From Negaprion brevirostris (lineage: Eukaryota), in contig JARDVH010000073.1 of the NCBI GenBank assembly GCA_030324005.1, positions 31,756,569-31,820,568 on the forward strand: a DNA stretch of 64,000 nucleotides, given 5' to 3'. Of the stretch, positions 50,480 through 63,584 are shown in pieces (within the stretch, counting starts at the first letter, position 1; every line of letters begins with the position of its first letter). Made by a program: the position numbers and the translations under genes. A model generated the notes under the pieces. The model ran no database searches and was not told the origin of the DNA. It was given only the letters and a program-made list of their open reading frames with translations.

Positions 50480-50850
50480 CCAAAAGATATCTATCTGATA
50501 GCTATTCTCTCTGAACCCTAATGGACCTAATATATAGTAGCACTTGAGTAAACCTTGCGATATGCAAAAGAATTGTAAGCATTGGGAGAGTGGTGGTGGA
50601 TTTGCAATAGGATATGTCAGCACTGAAGTAGCAGTGTGGGAATGTTGGGGATATTACAGAGTGTGGGAGGAGGGAATCTTGGGCAAGAGTACAGTTGGAA
50701 TCGATGTGCAAGTTGCTGGTGACCAAGGCTGGAGGGGATCTGTGGGTGACAAGGACATGGCAGTTTGATGTGGGTACCCAGCAAGGCCTGGGGAAAGTGA
50801 ACTGATTGGAGGAGCTATGGGGATGCAGAATAAGGAGAGTGGAGGGGTAT
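50480..50850 (-). mobile_element. Degenerate L2-type ORF2 fragment
   Basis: Pyrimidine-rich minus strand with PWS..TC and HYxxLL-like L2 linker sequence. Weak. Confidence 0.4.
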
Positions 50851-51167
50851 GAGAAAGCAACAAAACTAGAATTTATTTGTTTTAAAAATCCAACCAACAT
50901 CTCATTTCAGAGTCATTAAGTTGTGAAACTTACTATTAGTTTGCTCAGGAACTTAGAAATATATATACACAAAAATGTACCTTCTCATTTGTAGATTTAT
51001 AGAATATTTAAAAACATGTTTCACCATAACATAATTAAACTTCTTTATTTTTCCTGAATTCTTTACCNNNNNNNNNNNNNNNNNNNNNNNNNNNNNNNNN
51101 NNNNNNNNNNNNNNNNNNNNNNNNNNNNNNNNNNNNNNNNNNNNNNNNNNNNNNNNNNNNNNNNNNN

Positions 51168-51305
51168 AGAAAGATCAACTTAATGCAAGGTAGGTCCATT
51201 CAAAAGTCTGATGGCAGCAGGGAAAAAGCTGTTCTTGAGTTGGTTGGTACATGATCTCAGACTTCTGTACCTTTTTCCTGAAAAAGAAGGTGGAAGAGAG
51301 TTTGC
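51168..51305 (-). mobile_element. Rex1 3' fragment
   Basis: Near-identical to 47635-47770. Confidence 0.8.
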
Positions 51306-51803
51306 CTGGAAAGATGAGACTGCTACCCACCGAGTCACAAGTGACATCTAAAAATTGCACAAGAGGGAAACATCAGATTACACTGACAAGTTGGACTGAA
51401 CTTTTAGTTTTCCATGAAATATGACAGGAATATTCTCAAAGAAATTAAAAATATAAGGGGAGATTGATAGAATTTGGCAGATTTTCCATAACTGTGAGCA
51501 GTCTATTGACCAGACACCACGTCCAATAACATAAAATTACAATGAATAAAAGAGAGAGACCATTCAACATAACTAGTCTATACCTGCTCCCACTCTAATT
51601 ATTTCTTCCCATACAGCCCCCCATATCCCTATATATTCTTCGCTCTCATGTAGACGAATCAATCAATGCTATCTGCTTCAGCCACTCCAATGGATCCCAC
51701 CTTCAAAATTCTATCTGATTCAACCAATTTATGAGCAGCTTTCTTTTTATGAACAGTAGTTCTGGTCTCACCTGAATAAGGAAATGTCTTCTCTATACCC
51801 TAT

Positions 51804-51930
51804 GACTGAAATTTTCCCGTCCTGTCTGCCATGGGAATCAAAACAGGTGGGACTTGGACCATGCAAAGGTCCTTTGACCTTGGGTGGGATTTTCCAGTCT
51901 TAGGGCGAACGCAGCCAAAAAATCCCACAC
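51804..51930. mobile_element. MITE inserted in a minus-strand CR1 3' remnant (~51560-52110)
   Basis: Ends gactgaaattttcc / aaaaaatcccacac. Internal ggaccatgcaaaggtcc(t/a)ttga.. is shared with 56003-56100. Confidence 0.6.
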
Positions 51931-52908
51931 AATGTGTTTCCTAATCTTAAACATGATTATCAGGCCACTGTTCAATCTCCTATTTTCTAGAGAAAAGAGT
52001 CTCAGACTGTACAACATTTCCTGATATGGATAACCTCTCATTTCTGGTAGCATTCCAGAAAGTCTTTTTATAATTTCTCCAGTGCCTCTATATCCTTTTT
52101 ATAATGCAACTATTTCGTATTTAGCATTCCTTACATGTTCTCAAAAAACAATGTGCCTAACAAAAAAAATCACTTTCTCATAAGAAAGCATGTAGAATGT
52201 TTCCTGACCTGTAACATTTAAATTGAAAACCTATTTTTATGTATTAACTTAATGAATTTTATAGAGGGCACATATGCTGCAGCACAACTAGATGCAGAAT
52301 TTTTAATCAATGTTGCCTAGCCAGCAATGCCCACATCCAATGAGTGAATAAAAAGATGTTCCAAATAGTTTCACTCCATTTTGTGTTTGGAACTTTAACT
52401 ACCAAATTAAGAGAAAGCACAGTGTGTGTCAGGATTTTCTAAAGCACAACTGAGTCTTCACTTCCCACCCTTGCACTGTTACCTCTGGCATTCTCCAAAA
52501 ATTGCTTGGACCCCCTTCCTATTCCAGACATATTTGCTTCCCCTTAGTAATGTCATCCATGGGCACAGGGTGAGCACCCATATTTGTGCTGGGCACACTA
52601 GCCTTTCTTTCCACCATTTCCCTCAACCCCATGACTAATCCTATATTTGGAGACTGACTCACTAACATTATCATGTGGCAATTTTCCTGAAAGTACAATA
52701 GAAAAGTAAAGCTTTTCCAGGTAACTATGGATGACTCTCTCTCTTTTCATAATGGTTAAAAGATGAAGATGGACTGAATAGATTAGCAAGCCTCAGCATC
52801 TGAAACTTGCCACTTGGTGAAGAAACAACTTTTAGAGATCATCTCCGGCAAACAAAAAAGAAGTTGGTCCCATCTATGAAATAAATTGTGGAAAACAGGA
52901 GAAGAACA

Positions 52909-54180
52909 TGTTACGGTAAGAATTTAGAAGTTTTTTTTAGATAAACAATATAAACAAAAAATGGCAAAAGAATCCAGGAAAAATGCACAAGGATGAAAGG
53001 AATTAATATTTCAATTTTTAGTATTTGCTATTTTAATATTTAAAGCTATATTCTAAGTTTCATGAATGCTTTAATCAAGAACATTTTTCCTCTTCAAGAA
53101 CTAAGAACGTTCAGGAAGAATTTGTGTTCTTTAAAAGACACTGTCCCTTAAAGGGTTAATGCAAGGATTCTGGCTGCTATTCCTGAAAAAGATAGCAATT
53201 TACACAAAAAAAGTAGTTAAATAGTTTTAAAGAAGCTGGAAACTTCCTAATCCTGGTGGGGCTGTTTACAAGAGGGTCACATAGTGTTTTATGGCTTTGG
53301 GAAAAAAAACATACCTTGGAAAACTGTTTAAAAGCTGGTCAACTGTTTTGTTTTGGCAGATGGGGAGAGTTATCATGGCGGGGGTGGGGGGGGACATGGN
53401 NNNNNNNNNGAAAAAGTAGGATCCACTGCTTGAGTAAAGAATACATAGGAACATAGGAATTAGGAGCTGAAGTAGGCAAATTCAGCCTTTCAAGCCTGCT
53501 CCGCCATTCAATCAGATCATGGCTGATCTCTCCTTGGACTCAAATCCACCTCCACACCTGTTCCCCACATCCCTCTTTCCCTTTATTTTATTAGGAATAT
53601 GTCTATCTCCCTCTTGAAACCATTCAACGGTTCAGACTCCACCGCACTACAGGACAGCTCCTGATTCATGCCAAAGCAAAAAGCGAATGGAACTTTCTCC
53701 AAAGTCATTCTACACTCTGAACTGGGCTGACTACAAGTTTTCCTCAAGTTCTGCATGAAAAGAAGTGCAAGAGTCAGCAGTTGTTCCCCAGACCAGTACT
53801 GAGAAACCCAGACGCCACTTGAAAGATTCCATCATTTTCCTTGAACCACTGGCATTTCACCATTTGGCAGAATACCTCTTTTTTTAGAGTTAGGGCATTT
53901 AAAAAGAGTAATTACAGTACTTTCATATTTTATATTTTATGTTAGTAAGCTTTGCCTTTCTACTTGACAAGTCTGTTTTTATAATAAACTGATAATTTTG
54001 TTGTTTATTGAAGAAACCTGGGCATTAAGTGCTCATTCCGAGATTTCTAGATAATTCACATATTCTAGATAAAGCACATATTTGGCCATATAGTTAGCTG
54101 GAGAAACATTTAAAGTTATATTATGGACTGTGAGGTAGTGGAACTAGAGACAATGCACTCCTTCTATTTTGGTCTTAACG
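52909..54180 (+). mobile_element. Possible LTR-like element carrying a minus-strand CR1 tail (53441-53660)
   Basis: Starts tgttacgg, has aataaactgat at ~53983 and ends ggtcttaacg. The inserted CR1 tail is atacataggaacataggaattaggagc. Confidence 0.4.
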
Positions 54181-54261
54181 AAAGGCCTGAATATTCCATG
54201 AAGCAGCGATGGTGACACCCTGTACCTGGGAATCACCACTGTAGATGTCAAAGCAGGCCTT

Positions 54262-55380
54262 CTCGTAGCTCAACCCACGGAAAGCGACTAGTCTGGATGG
54301 GATACTTGGATGAGCACTCAGATCCTGCGCAAATCAGCTGGTGGGTATATTGACAGTTATCTTCAATGTCTCTTTACAACAATCTGAGGTCCCTATCTCC
54401 TTCAAGAAGACAACCATCATCCCGGTACCTAAGAAAAACCAATCAGGATGCCTTAATGACTATCGACCGATGACTCTGTATCCATCATTATGAAGCGCTT
54501 CAAAAGGCTAGTCATTGCATGAATGAATTCCAGCCTCCCGGACTACCTGGATCCATTACAGTTTGCCTACCACCGCAACAGGTCCACAGCAGACATCATT
54601 TCCTTGGCCCTGCACTCAACCCTAGAACGCCTAGGTAACAAGTACACCTACGTCAGACTCCTGTTTATTGACCTTCAACACTATTATTCTCATGAAACTC
54701 ATCCCCAAACTCTGTGGCCTGGGCCTCAGCACCTGTCTCTGTACTGGACCCTGACCTTCCTAACTAACAGACCACAATCAGTAAGGATAGGCAACAACAC
54801 CTCAGCACTGGTGCCTCACAAGGCTGTGTTCTCAACCCCCTACTATACTCCTTACACATCTATGACTGTGCGGTCAAATTCACTTCCAATTCGATTTTCA
54901 AGTTTGCTGATGACACCACCGTAGTGGGTCGAATCTCAAACAATCACTAGACAGAGGACAGAAATGAGATAGAGAAACTACAGAAGTCGTGAATGTAGCC
55001 CAGTCCACCACACAAACCAACCTCCCATCCATTGACTCTGTCTACACTTCCCGCTGTCTCAGCAAAGCAACCAGCATAATTAAGAACCCCATGCACCCCG
55101 AACATTCTCTCTTCCACATTCTTCCTTCAGGAAAAAGATACAAAAGCCTGTGGTCACGTACCAACCGACTCGAGAGCAGCTTCCCCCCTGCTGCTGTCAG
55201 ATTTTTGAATGGACTCGTCTTGCATTAAGATGATTTTTCTCTACACCCCAACTATGACTGCATCACATCTGCACTCTCTCGTTTCCTTCTCTGTGAACAG
55301 TATGTTTTGTCTGAATAGGGCCCTAGAAACAATACTTTTCACTGTATGTTAACACATGTGACAATAAATCAAATCAAATC
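54262..55380 (+). mobile_element. Rex1/Babar LINE with internal deletions
   Basis: LPDYLDPLQFAYHRNRSTADIISLALH..YVRLLFID; FADD; LPSGKRYKSL. Tail aataaatcaaatcaaatc. Confidence 0.9.
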
Positions 55381-56002
55381 CTTCTGCCCATTCTCCACAA
55401 CCATTAGTGACTTGAAAAAGGAACAAGTTATGAAACTCCTCTCTTAAAATGCCTGCACTTTAGTTTCCCAGTTGGAACATGCAATGCAGATACATTGCAA
55501 CAGTGGCAGCTTATTTATTGTTAAACATTCAGCCAGGGCACGGGTAAACGAAGCAGTAACTTTCCTAGCAGGGACAATTGTAGCAACCAAAACACTTACT
55601 GTCACTGAACCGATAAATGGAAGTTTTCACTTATGCAATTTTAGCCCTTCCTCTCATTGCTCGTCATATTTTAAGTATTGATTGTAAGTATTTAACACAA
55701 AATGCATCTAAAAATCATTATTAATCTACAGTAAAACTACTCAATGTTATATTTGGAATCATGGATTTTATTGATGTGAGGAAGAAAACTGCATTCCTCT
55801 GTATTCCTTGAGTTCTGCAGTTATCACAGAGTCACACAATGATGGTTTACTTGACTTCTCGTATGGCTTCATAACTGATTGAAAGGTTGTGAGATTAGGC
55901 TGGGGATTTGCTTTCTGTTTGTCGTGTGGTCTTTTAATGCCTTTGCATTACTTATTTTTACTATCTAAATTGAGTGATTCAATTGATTATGTATTTTATT
56001 AG

Positions 56003-56308
56003 TCATGGGAATTGTAGTGTATGGTGGACCATGCAAAGGTCCATTGATCTCGGATGGGATTTTCTGGTTTTGGGGTGGGTGTGGCTGCAAAATACTGCCC
56101 TAGGGGTGTGATCTTTCAGCCGTTCCCACCAGCAAAATTTAATAACCTTGCTGAAGGCAAATCCTCCCCACATGGTGGGTTCCCCAGTGGTGGGAGGGTG
56201 AGCCATACAAGGTGCCATTGACCTCAGTGGCACTTGAAGATCCCCCCAGTGGCAAGCTGCCTCTGTCGCCAGCAAACGCACTGCAGAGAGGCTGGGAAGT
56301 TCTGGACC
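56003..56308. mobile_element. Two adjacent MITEs (56003-56100 partial; 56104-56308)
   Basis: The first matches the 51804 MITE and ends aaaatactgccc. The second, gggtgtgatcttt...aagttctggacc, is flanked by TAG and TAA. Confidence 0.55.
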
Positions 56309-56334
56309 TAAGTCTATCTCTCTTTAATGCAGTT

Positions 56335-56680
56335 AATAGTCCATCACGCCAAAGTTGAGAGACGAAATTCAATAAATCTTGTAATTTTTGGATTAGCTCC
56401 AGAAAATAATTGAGAATGAGAACTGCTGAATCGTTGTAAAAAGCCATCATTCAAAGAGTTGGATTTTATTGACAACCCTTTCAGTGAAGTGAACCCAGCA
56501 CCCATACCTGTCCCATTCTATATGTGACTCCAGCCCCATACTGTGAAATTGGCTCTTAAAATCTCCTGATGTGGCTTAATAAACCAATCATTAGTGCTAT
56601 TTGCCACCACTTCCTTAGGGCATTTAAGAGCAGGTAATAAATGTAATCATGCCTGTGTTAGCCACATCCCAAGTGAGGCA
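56335..56680 (+). mobile_element. Old SINE-like element sharing the LINE family B 3' end
   Basis: gaaattcaataaatc..atatgtgactccagcccc..agggcatttaagagcaggtaataaatg..ccacatccc. Related 3' piece at 59390-59635. Confidence 0.5.
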
Positions 56681-58246
56681 GAATCATTCGAGCTGATGAT
56701 TTTGTACATGATGCTTAGTAAATGTAATTTGATTCTCATTCAAATGAGCGAAATGATGTGGATAAGTTTGATAATCCTATTGTGGTCTCGCTAGAACAGG
56801 AACAGTAGTCAATTCTGGATGGATTTCTGCACTATTAAATTTTACATCTAATCCTGTAAAATGCTGTATGTTTGGGATATGAAATCATCTTTTTAGAAGG
56901 CTGTCCTGTGGATGTTGCCAATATGGGGGGGGAGGTGGTTAGGGACATGGCAGGGCAGTGAAAGTCCAGTGATTGATTGAGGGGGGTCGGTGATTGGGCC
57001 TGCATGAGGGTGGGAGGCAGAGACGACAGGGTGGGGGTAGGGCCATTGAGTGATGGAGTCGAATTTGCCCCTCCGCATTCGGAGGTTGGAGGTGTTCCCC
57101 TTATACACTGGGGGTACCGATATCTGTGGGGATGGGGTGCCCTTAGGCTCTGCCCTGCCCTGCCATAATGATTGTGCAGACCACACCCCAATTTTTTTTC
57201 TCTTTTTCGACAAAGTATCAGAAGATCTGGTGAGAAAATCTGCTTGTGTCTTTGGAGAGAAACATACTGGTTTTCAGTCAAAATGTGACACTTGCCATTC
57301 TTTGGAATATTCCGCCTGGAGTATTTAAAATATTTTGTGAATTAATGCAAGTTCATTGGAAAGATTTGCTGACGTGCTGCTTAGTTTATGAACAAATCAC
57401 GCTGCCTTGTTGCTGATGGTTCTTCTCTAGCAACTGTCTTAGCCCAGGACCCCATTCAACTTATATTTGGATTTTCAGCTTTTGAAGGATATGTAATTTT
57501 GAATCCACTTCAGTTTCATAGAATTACAGCGCAGAGAAAGGACCATTCAGCACAAACCAGGCTGTGCTAGTCTGTGTGGTCCAAGTATATCATTATTAAG
57601 GTGTTTGGGTCTGGGAAGCAAGGCATAGTCTATCCCCTCTGCCTTTAATAAGTTCGTAACATGAAGGGATACAGGGGAAAACTGAAGGAAACAGGAATTG
57701 CTTAAAAAGAAATATGGTGAATACCTGTTTCTTAAGATTTTAATAACCTTGCAAGTTAAATATTTGTTCTGGGGATATTTTGAAACCCTTGTGGAAGGAC
57801 TCAGTTTTTAAAAAAAAATGTTTGTAGGTTTCCATCTTAATTCAGTGGATTGTTACCTTGTTCTGTAGGCACTTTGTGATGCTATGAGTTTGACTTTTCC
57901 GTGCAATTACCTTTGCGGCACCAGATGTGATTTTCAGTTAATTATTAATCCTGGCCATCGATCTTAATTTTTTAATGCAGTTTGTCATTTAGGTGAAATG
58001 TTTATGTCAGTTACTTTGCTCAGTTCCGTGGCTGAACTAATCAAATCAACAGATGTTACTTTTCTTTCTTCTATGTTTTCCTGCCCTTGCCTGCACAGTG
58101 GCACAGTTGTTAGCTCTGCTACCTNNNNNNNNNNNNNNNNNNNNNNNNNNNNNNNNNNNNNNNNNNNNNNNNNNNNNNNNNNNNNNNNNNNNNNNNNNNN
58201 NNNNNNNNNNNNNNNNNNNNNNNNNNNNNNNNNNNNNNNNNNNNNN

Positions 58247-58425
58247 CCTCCAGTCCTACCACCTTTCCATCGCTAACACCCGGCAAATTATTCACGTCCT
58301 CCTCCGTGAAGACCGAAACAAAACAGTTATTCAAGACCTCAGCCATTTCCCCATCCCCTACCACTAAGTCCCCCCCTCTCATCCTCTAAGAGTCCAACGT
58401 TCACCCTAGCCAGCCTCTTCCTTTC
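58247..58425 (-). mobile_element. CR1 ORF2 fragment
   Basis: GDLVVGDGEMAEVLNNCFVSVFTEED (CR1 AExLNxFFxSVFT motif). Confidence 0.85.
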
Positions 58426-59389
58426 TCTCAACAGCGCTAAGCTTGACATTCATTAGGCCAGTTGACCAGAGGGAGGTTCTGTAGCCGTATCTCCACATCG
58501 CAGTAATTATAGTATCAGGGAAATTGGTAGACAGAAATAGACCAAAATCCATCTTGTTTGCCTTCAATCATCCTGGTAGTTGGACTGTACAGTGAAGATG
58601 AGTAATCAGTCTGTGTGTCCTGGGGTGGGCTGAAGGAAGGTGCTTGTCCACTAAATTGTCACTAATAATGAGATGTTGAAATAAATTGTTTTTTAGTTCC
58701 AACATGAAACTTTTAAAAATATGAACAAATAGTTTAGTGTAGGAATTTATGAAGCTCCAGCTCCTGGATATGCTGGTTGCATATTGAAAACATTGGTTCA
58801 TTTGAAAACATTCTGCAGGTGAATTCAATGAAGGAGTCAGTCACCCTACTCTCACCCAACAGTATAACTGAGCTCTGAAATGGCTTAGCACACTGGTTCC
58901 TAACCAGAGCCATGGCACACTGGTGAGCAGTGAAGACCCCCAAGAATGTCATCAAAAGATGCAAACGAATTGAAAATTCATGTAATTAAATGAAAACAAA
59001 CTTTCATCTTCAACTCTGTGTTTGGCAGCTCCAACGAGTCTTCAGCCTTCTGCATGTACTCCAGATGAAAAAGAGTTGTACATGCATGGTTTAGATTTTT
59101 AATGTTGGTCAATGCACACGACCAGCAGGACTTAGAACTGAAGACAAAGGTCCCATGTGACTGCACAAAGAGTGAAATGAAAAAAGGGCACAAAAGCCCT
59201 GGGAGAAGTGAGAGAGAAGAGATTTAAAAAACAACAGGCGAGAGGACGGTGAGAAGTTAAAAACAAAGTTTATAGAATCACAGATTCCCTACAGTGCAGA
59301 AGGAGGCCGTTCAGCCTAGTAAGGGAAGAAGACAGGGAAAAGTTTTCTTACAGTATAGAGGCATGTCATGACATGGAAAAGGTTGGAAA

Positions 59390-59830
59390 CTATTGGCCTA
59401 GCAAGCCATTAAGTTGTATCAAACCAGTAGAAGGTTTGTAAGGAATGAAACCAGACAGATCACCTGACATCAACTTAGGAGCTCTCCCTAACAGCACTGA
59501 GAGTGTATCTACGCCATATGGACTGCAGTGCTTCAAGAAAGTAGCTCACCGTCACCTTCTCAAAGGCAATTAGGAATGGATAATAAATGCTGGCCTGGTC
59601 AGCATTGCTCACATCCTATAAATGAATAAAAATATTTAAATGGTACACGAGAGTCCAAAGATATGCGGGTTAGGTTGTTTGGCCATGCTAAGTTGACCCT
59701 AGTATCAGGAGGGATTAACAGAGTAAATATGTGGGGTTACAGGAATAGGGCCTGGGTGGGATTGTGATCGGTGCAGACTCAGTGAGCCAAATGGCCACCT
59801 CCTGCACTGTAGGGGTTCTATGGTTCTATG
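59390..59830 (+). mobile_element. Family B 3' tail (59390-59635) followed by an HE1-like SINE 3' half (59650-59830)
   Basis: Family B tail ..caaaggcaattaggaatggataataaatgctggcc, then gtccaaagatatgcgggttagg...ggggttctatggttctatg. Confidence 0.75.
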
Positions 59831-60870
59831 AAAGTGCTTTGCCTTTGAAGCTTGAATGTTTTGGAGGTAATCAGAATTGCTTTATTGCCCTATTAATCAT
59901 TGACTAATTGTGAACTTGATGTCATTCTGGATTCCAGCTAGGGAAATATTTGATCTTTTTTTCAATACTACAAATACTTTTTTTAATGCCAAATGTAAAT
60001 TTAGATATAAACTAATGGATCTTCTGGAATATGGTTCAACGGATTAATAAAGAAAATTAACCGAGTACTGACTGCACATGTCCTTGACTGAGTGAGTTAA
60101 ATAAATTAACATATCTGTGCCTAGTGGTATACGGATTAAAATAAATGCTTCTGTCAACTATTGTGTCCAATTACTGATTACCAAATAGAAACGGAATAGC
60201 CAAGCTTCAGAAATACTATGCAGGGCAAGTATTGCATATATGTACTAAATGTAATATATTCATGAGTAAAATTGAATTTAAAATGTCATGTGGAAATCTA
60301 AATTTACTAATTGGTGATATCATAGGAAACTACATAAAAGTATACTTTTGTATTTTGAAGTATTCATTATATATCTGTGTCCTGGAACATGACAGGAAAG
60401 TAACCTTGATGCACCACTTCTATAATGTAAAGCCTTAAATAGCAAACTCATGGACTCATGTCTTCATGGGTTTGAAATGGTCCATTTTCATTAATGCTTG
60501 TAACTAATCAAGGGAGAAACACGTGTCATCTGTGCTTTTAATGTAAAAGTGTTTTTAAGTATGAATAGATAATCATAAACAGATCCAAGGTGCATTAGCT
60601 CCTGATTGAAGTAGTTTGATTTGCATTACAGTAACCACTTCTTCAGACAGTTGCCGCATGCTGCATTGTTATAAACTTCTGTTAAATGCAAATGAACATC
60701 TGTTCTTGCAATTACAGGCTTCAGAAAGCTGCGTCATACCATAGAGCAGGAAAGTAAAAATATTTCAGCAAGCCAAATTTTAAACTTTTACACGTGTTTT
60801 ATTTGAGGAAAATGAAATGGGATTTAACCTTTAGTGATACTTAAAAATCTCCACAACATGCAGACATGAT

Positions 60871-61338
60871 GTTTACCAGGATGTTGCCTGGTATAGAGGG
60901 CATTAGCTACGAGGAGAGGTTGGAGAAACTTGGTTTGTTCTCACTGAAACGACAGAGGTTGAGGGGCGACCTGATAGAAGTCTACAGGATTGTGAGAGGT
61001 ATGGACAGAGTGGATAGTCAGAAGTTTTTCCCAGGGTGGAAGAGTCAGTTACTAGAGAGCACAGGTTTAAGGTACGAGGGGCAAGGTTTAAAGGAGATGT
61101 ACGACTTTTTACACAGAGAGTAGTGGGTTCCTGGAACTCATTGCCGAGGGAGGTAGTGGAAGCAGATACGGTAGTGACTTTTAAGGGGTGCCTTGACAAG
61201 TACATGAATAGAATGGGAATAGAGGCATACGGTCCCCGGAAGAGTAGGGGGTTTTAGTTCAGTCAGGCAGCATGGTCAGTGCAGGCTTGGAGGGCTGAAG
61301 GGCCTGTTCCTCTGCTGTAATTTTCTTTGTTCTTTGTT
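60871..61338 (+). mobile_element. 5'-truncated, relatively young CR1 LINE
   Basis: FTRMLPGIEGISYEERLEKLGLFSL..RLRGDLIEVY..FTQRVVGSWNSLP. Tail (TTCTTTG)n, candidate TSD ATGAT at 60866-60870 and 61339-61343. Confidence 0.9.
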
Positions 61339-61902
61339 ATGATTAAACTGCCACTTGATCAATTTGCTTTAGCCTATGGTAATAAAGGGGGAATGATTAA
61401 ATGATGTCTGTACTGATACAAAAATAACACCAGTGAAGACAAGGGTGTTGCTGATTTTTCTGCCAGTACCTCTTCATTTCAGAGATGACCACGTTGGGTG
61501 AACTTCTTGTTTTGTTTGGAAAATAGCTTCAAAGTAGTTTTCAAATAACAAAATGGCCTGAAATGAGTTATGACAGGCTTGTGGTTGACCTGAGAATTAT
61601 TATTTGATATAATCTTGTCAAACACTGGAGGATTTTCACTGTTGATAGTGATGCAATCAGGTGAGGGTGTGGGCTGGAGGAGTTAGATGGTTGTCCTCTC
61701 TTCCCTCCTTATTTGACCGCAATGGGTTTTTTGTTTAATAAGGACACATTTGCTAATTCAATGTGTGTTTAACTGTTTATAGCAGTGACCATAAAAGATT
61801 GATCAGGTAGGTTTGCTTGCATTCTTTAAAAAAAGATAGTTTTTACACAGTCTAAATAATGTAAAAATCACTCCAACCTCCTCTTTCTTTCTCTATCTCA
61901 CT

Positions 61903-61936
61903 CACACACGCGCGCGCGCACACGCGCACACACACA
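61903..61936. repeat. (CA)/(CG) alternating purine-pyrimidine microsatellite
   Basis: cacacacgcgcgcgcgcacacgcgcacacacaca. Confidence 0.9.
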
Positions 61937-61969
61937 GTTCACACAAATAGATTACAGAGTAGGGAGGAT

Positions 61970-62284
61970 AGAATCATAGAATCCCTACAGTGCAGAAGGA
62001 GGCTATTTGGCCCATCGAGTCTGTATCGACCACAGTCCTACCTATACTCTATTTCCCCCATATATTTACCCTGCCCTGATATTAGGGTTAATTTAGTATA
62101 GCCAGTCAACCTAACCTGTACATCTTTGGACTGTGGGAGGAAACCAGACCACCCAGAGGAAACCCATGCAGACACGAGGAGAACGTGCAAATTCCATAAA
62201 GACAGTGACCCGAGGTCGGAAATGAACCTGGGTCGCTGGCGCTGTGAGGCACTAGTGCTAACTACTGTATCACCGTGCCACCCC
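61970..62284 (-). mobile_element. HE1-like V-SINE, full length, CR1-type tail
   Basis: atagaatcatagaatccctacagtgcagaaggagg...gtgctaactactgtatcaccgtgccacccc. Confidence 0.88.
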
Positions 62285-62439
62285 AGTCTGGCAAGATTAA
62301 AATGGTAGAATTCTTGAGTGTTGGTGTTTTGGCTGAATGTTCCTTGTATCAGTGCAGCATGTTGTTCAATAACTAAGGTATTGCTCTGCATCAGCTCTTG
62401 ATTTCCTACTTACAATGGTTGGAGGATGGAATTATATTC

Positions 62440-62960
62440 GGGGGGTGGGGGAGGGGCAGCTGAATGTCACAGGATGAAGGCATTGGTGCCACCTGCCTAT
62501 GAAACAAGTGTAGAGCCCTATGATCCTTTTACAGTAATCAGATCAACAGGCCATTAATTGAGTGATGGCCTTTTCTGTTGCCGAAAGCTGCCAGCTGGTT
62601 GTCTAGTGTCTTCATGCCTTCACGAGCACACTATATAATCTTGAGTACAAGAGAAACTAGCCACAGTCAAATCCCAGACCACTTTCATTTTGAATGGTGG
62701 CATACATGGGAAAGGTTATGCATTGGTAGGCCGAGCAAATGGGGCTTTGTGGCTTAATATAGCGGATGTTACAGATGACAAAATGCTGGTGATATTGTGT
62801 TAACAGGTGGAGGGACCTGTACAAATAAGATTAAGAGTGCCAGTGACTTTGACAGCCAGTGGCACGATATGGTCCGTGTGTGCAGAATGCAGATCATGTT
62901 GTAGAAGGCAGCATACATCAACAGCAGCCTGACTAATGAAGTGCAGCTTCCTGCTCCTCA
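62440..62960 (-). mobile_element. Second Harbinger DDE transposase fossil
   Basis: Minus strand CCLLQHDL..IVPLAVKVTGTLNLICTG (compare ALPVAVKVTxALNFYATG), AFGNRKGHHSINGLLI (compare NRKGFHSINVQ) and NAFIL (compare HDAFIL). Confidence 0.75.
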
Positions 62961-63584
62961 ATATCCAGAAAAATAATGTTCTATTGGCTATGTGGGCTGG
63001 GTATTCCAGCAACCTTGCTCACTTACTAGCTTATAATGGGCCCATGAGCTAGTTTTCTCAGATATGAGTTTTCTCTTTCTCCATCCAAAGCAATGAAGCA
63101 CAAGTAACATTTATGTTGAGCTGGAATTTCATCGGGATGAATAAGAAGAAAGGTGACATGAAAGCAATCTTTTAAGCTCAAAAACCTTTTGAAAATCTAT
63201 GAAACACAACACAGATTCCTATGATCCAAATGCCCCTTTTAAATAATGCTTTGAGTAAATCTGTCAAATTAGTCAGGCAGTACCAGAATGCGGTGCTGTT
63301 AGGTTTTATTCAGTGGACCAGCCTTAGGGTGGGGAACAGTTAATATCACCTTGGGGTGCATTCAGGAGGCACCAACCTGAATTAAGTAAGCAGTTAAAAT
63401 GGCAGGCAAGAACAGTAAGGTTAAATTGTTCATTTTATTGGCATATAAACTCTAATCCAATTGCTGATGTGGGTTAGAATCATCTTTTGTGTAATATGGT
63501 TTTCCTTTCAAGCAATGACTGAAAAAATGTGAAATGACATGCAGCACACACATTAGAACTGATTGATCGTGAGCCTTCATAAAA

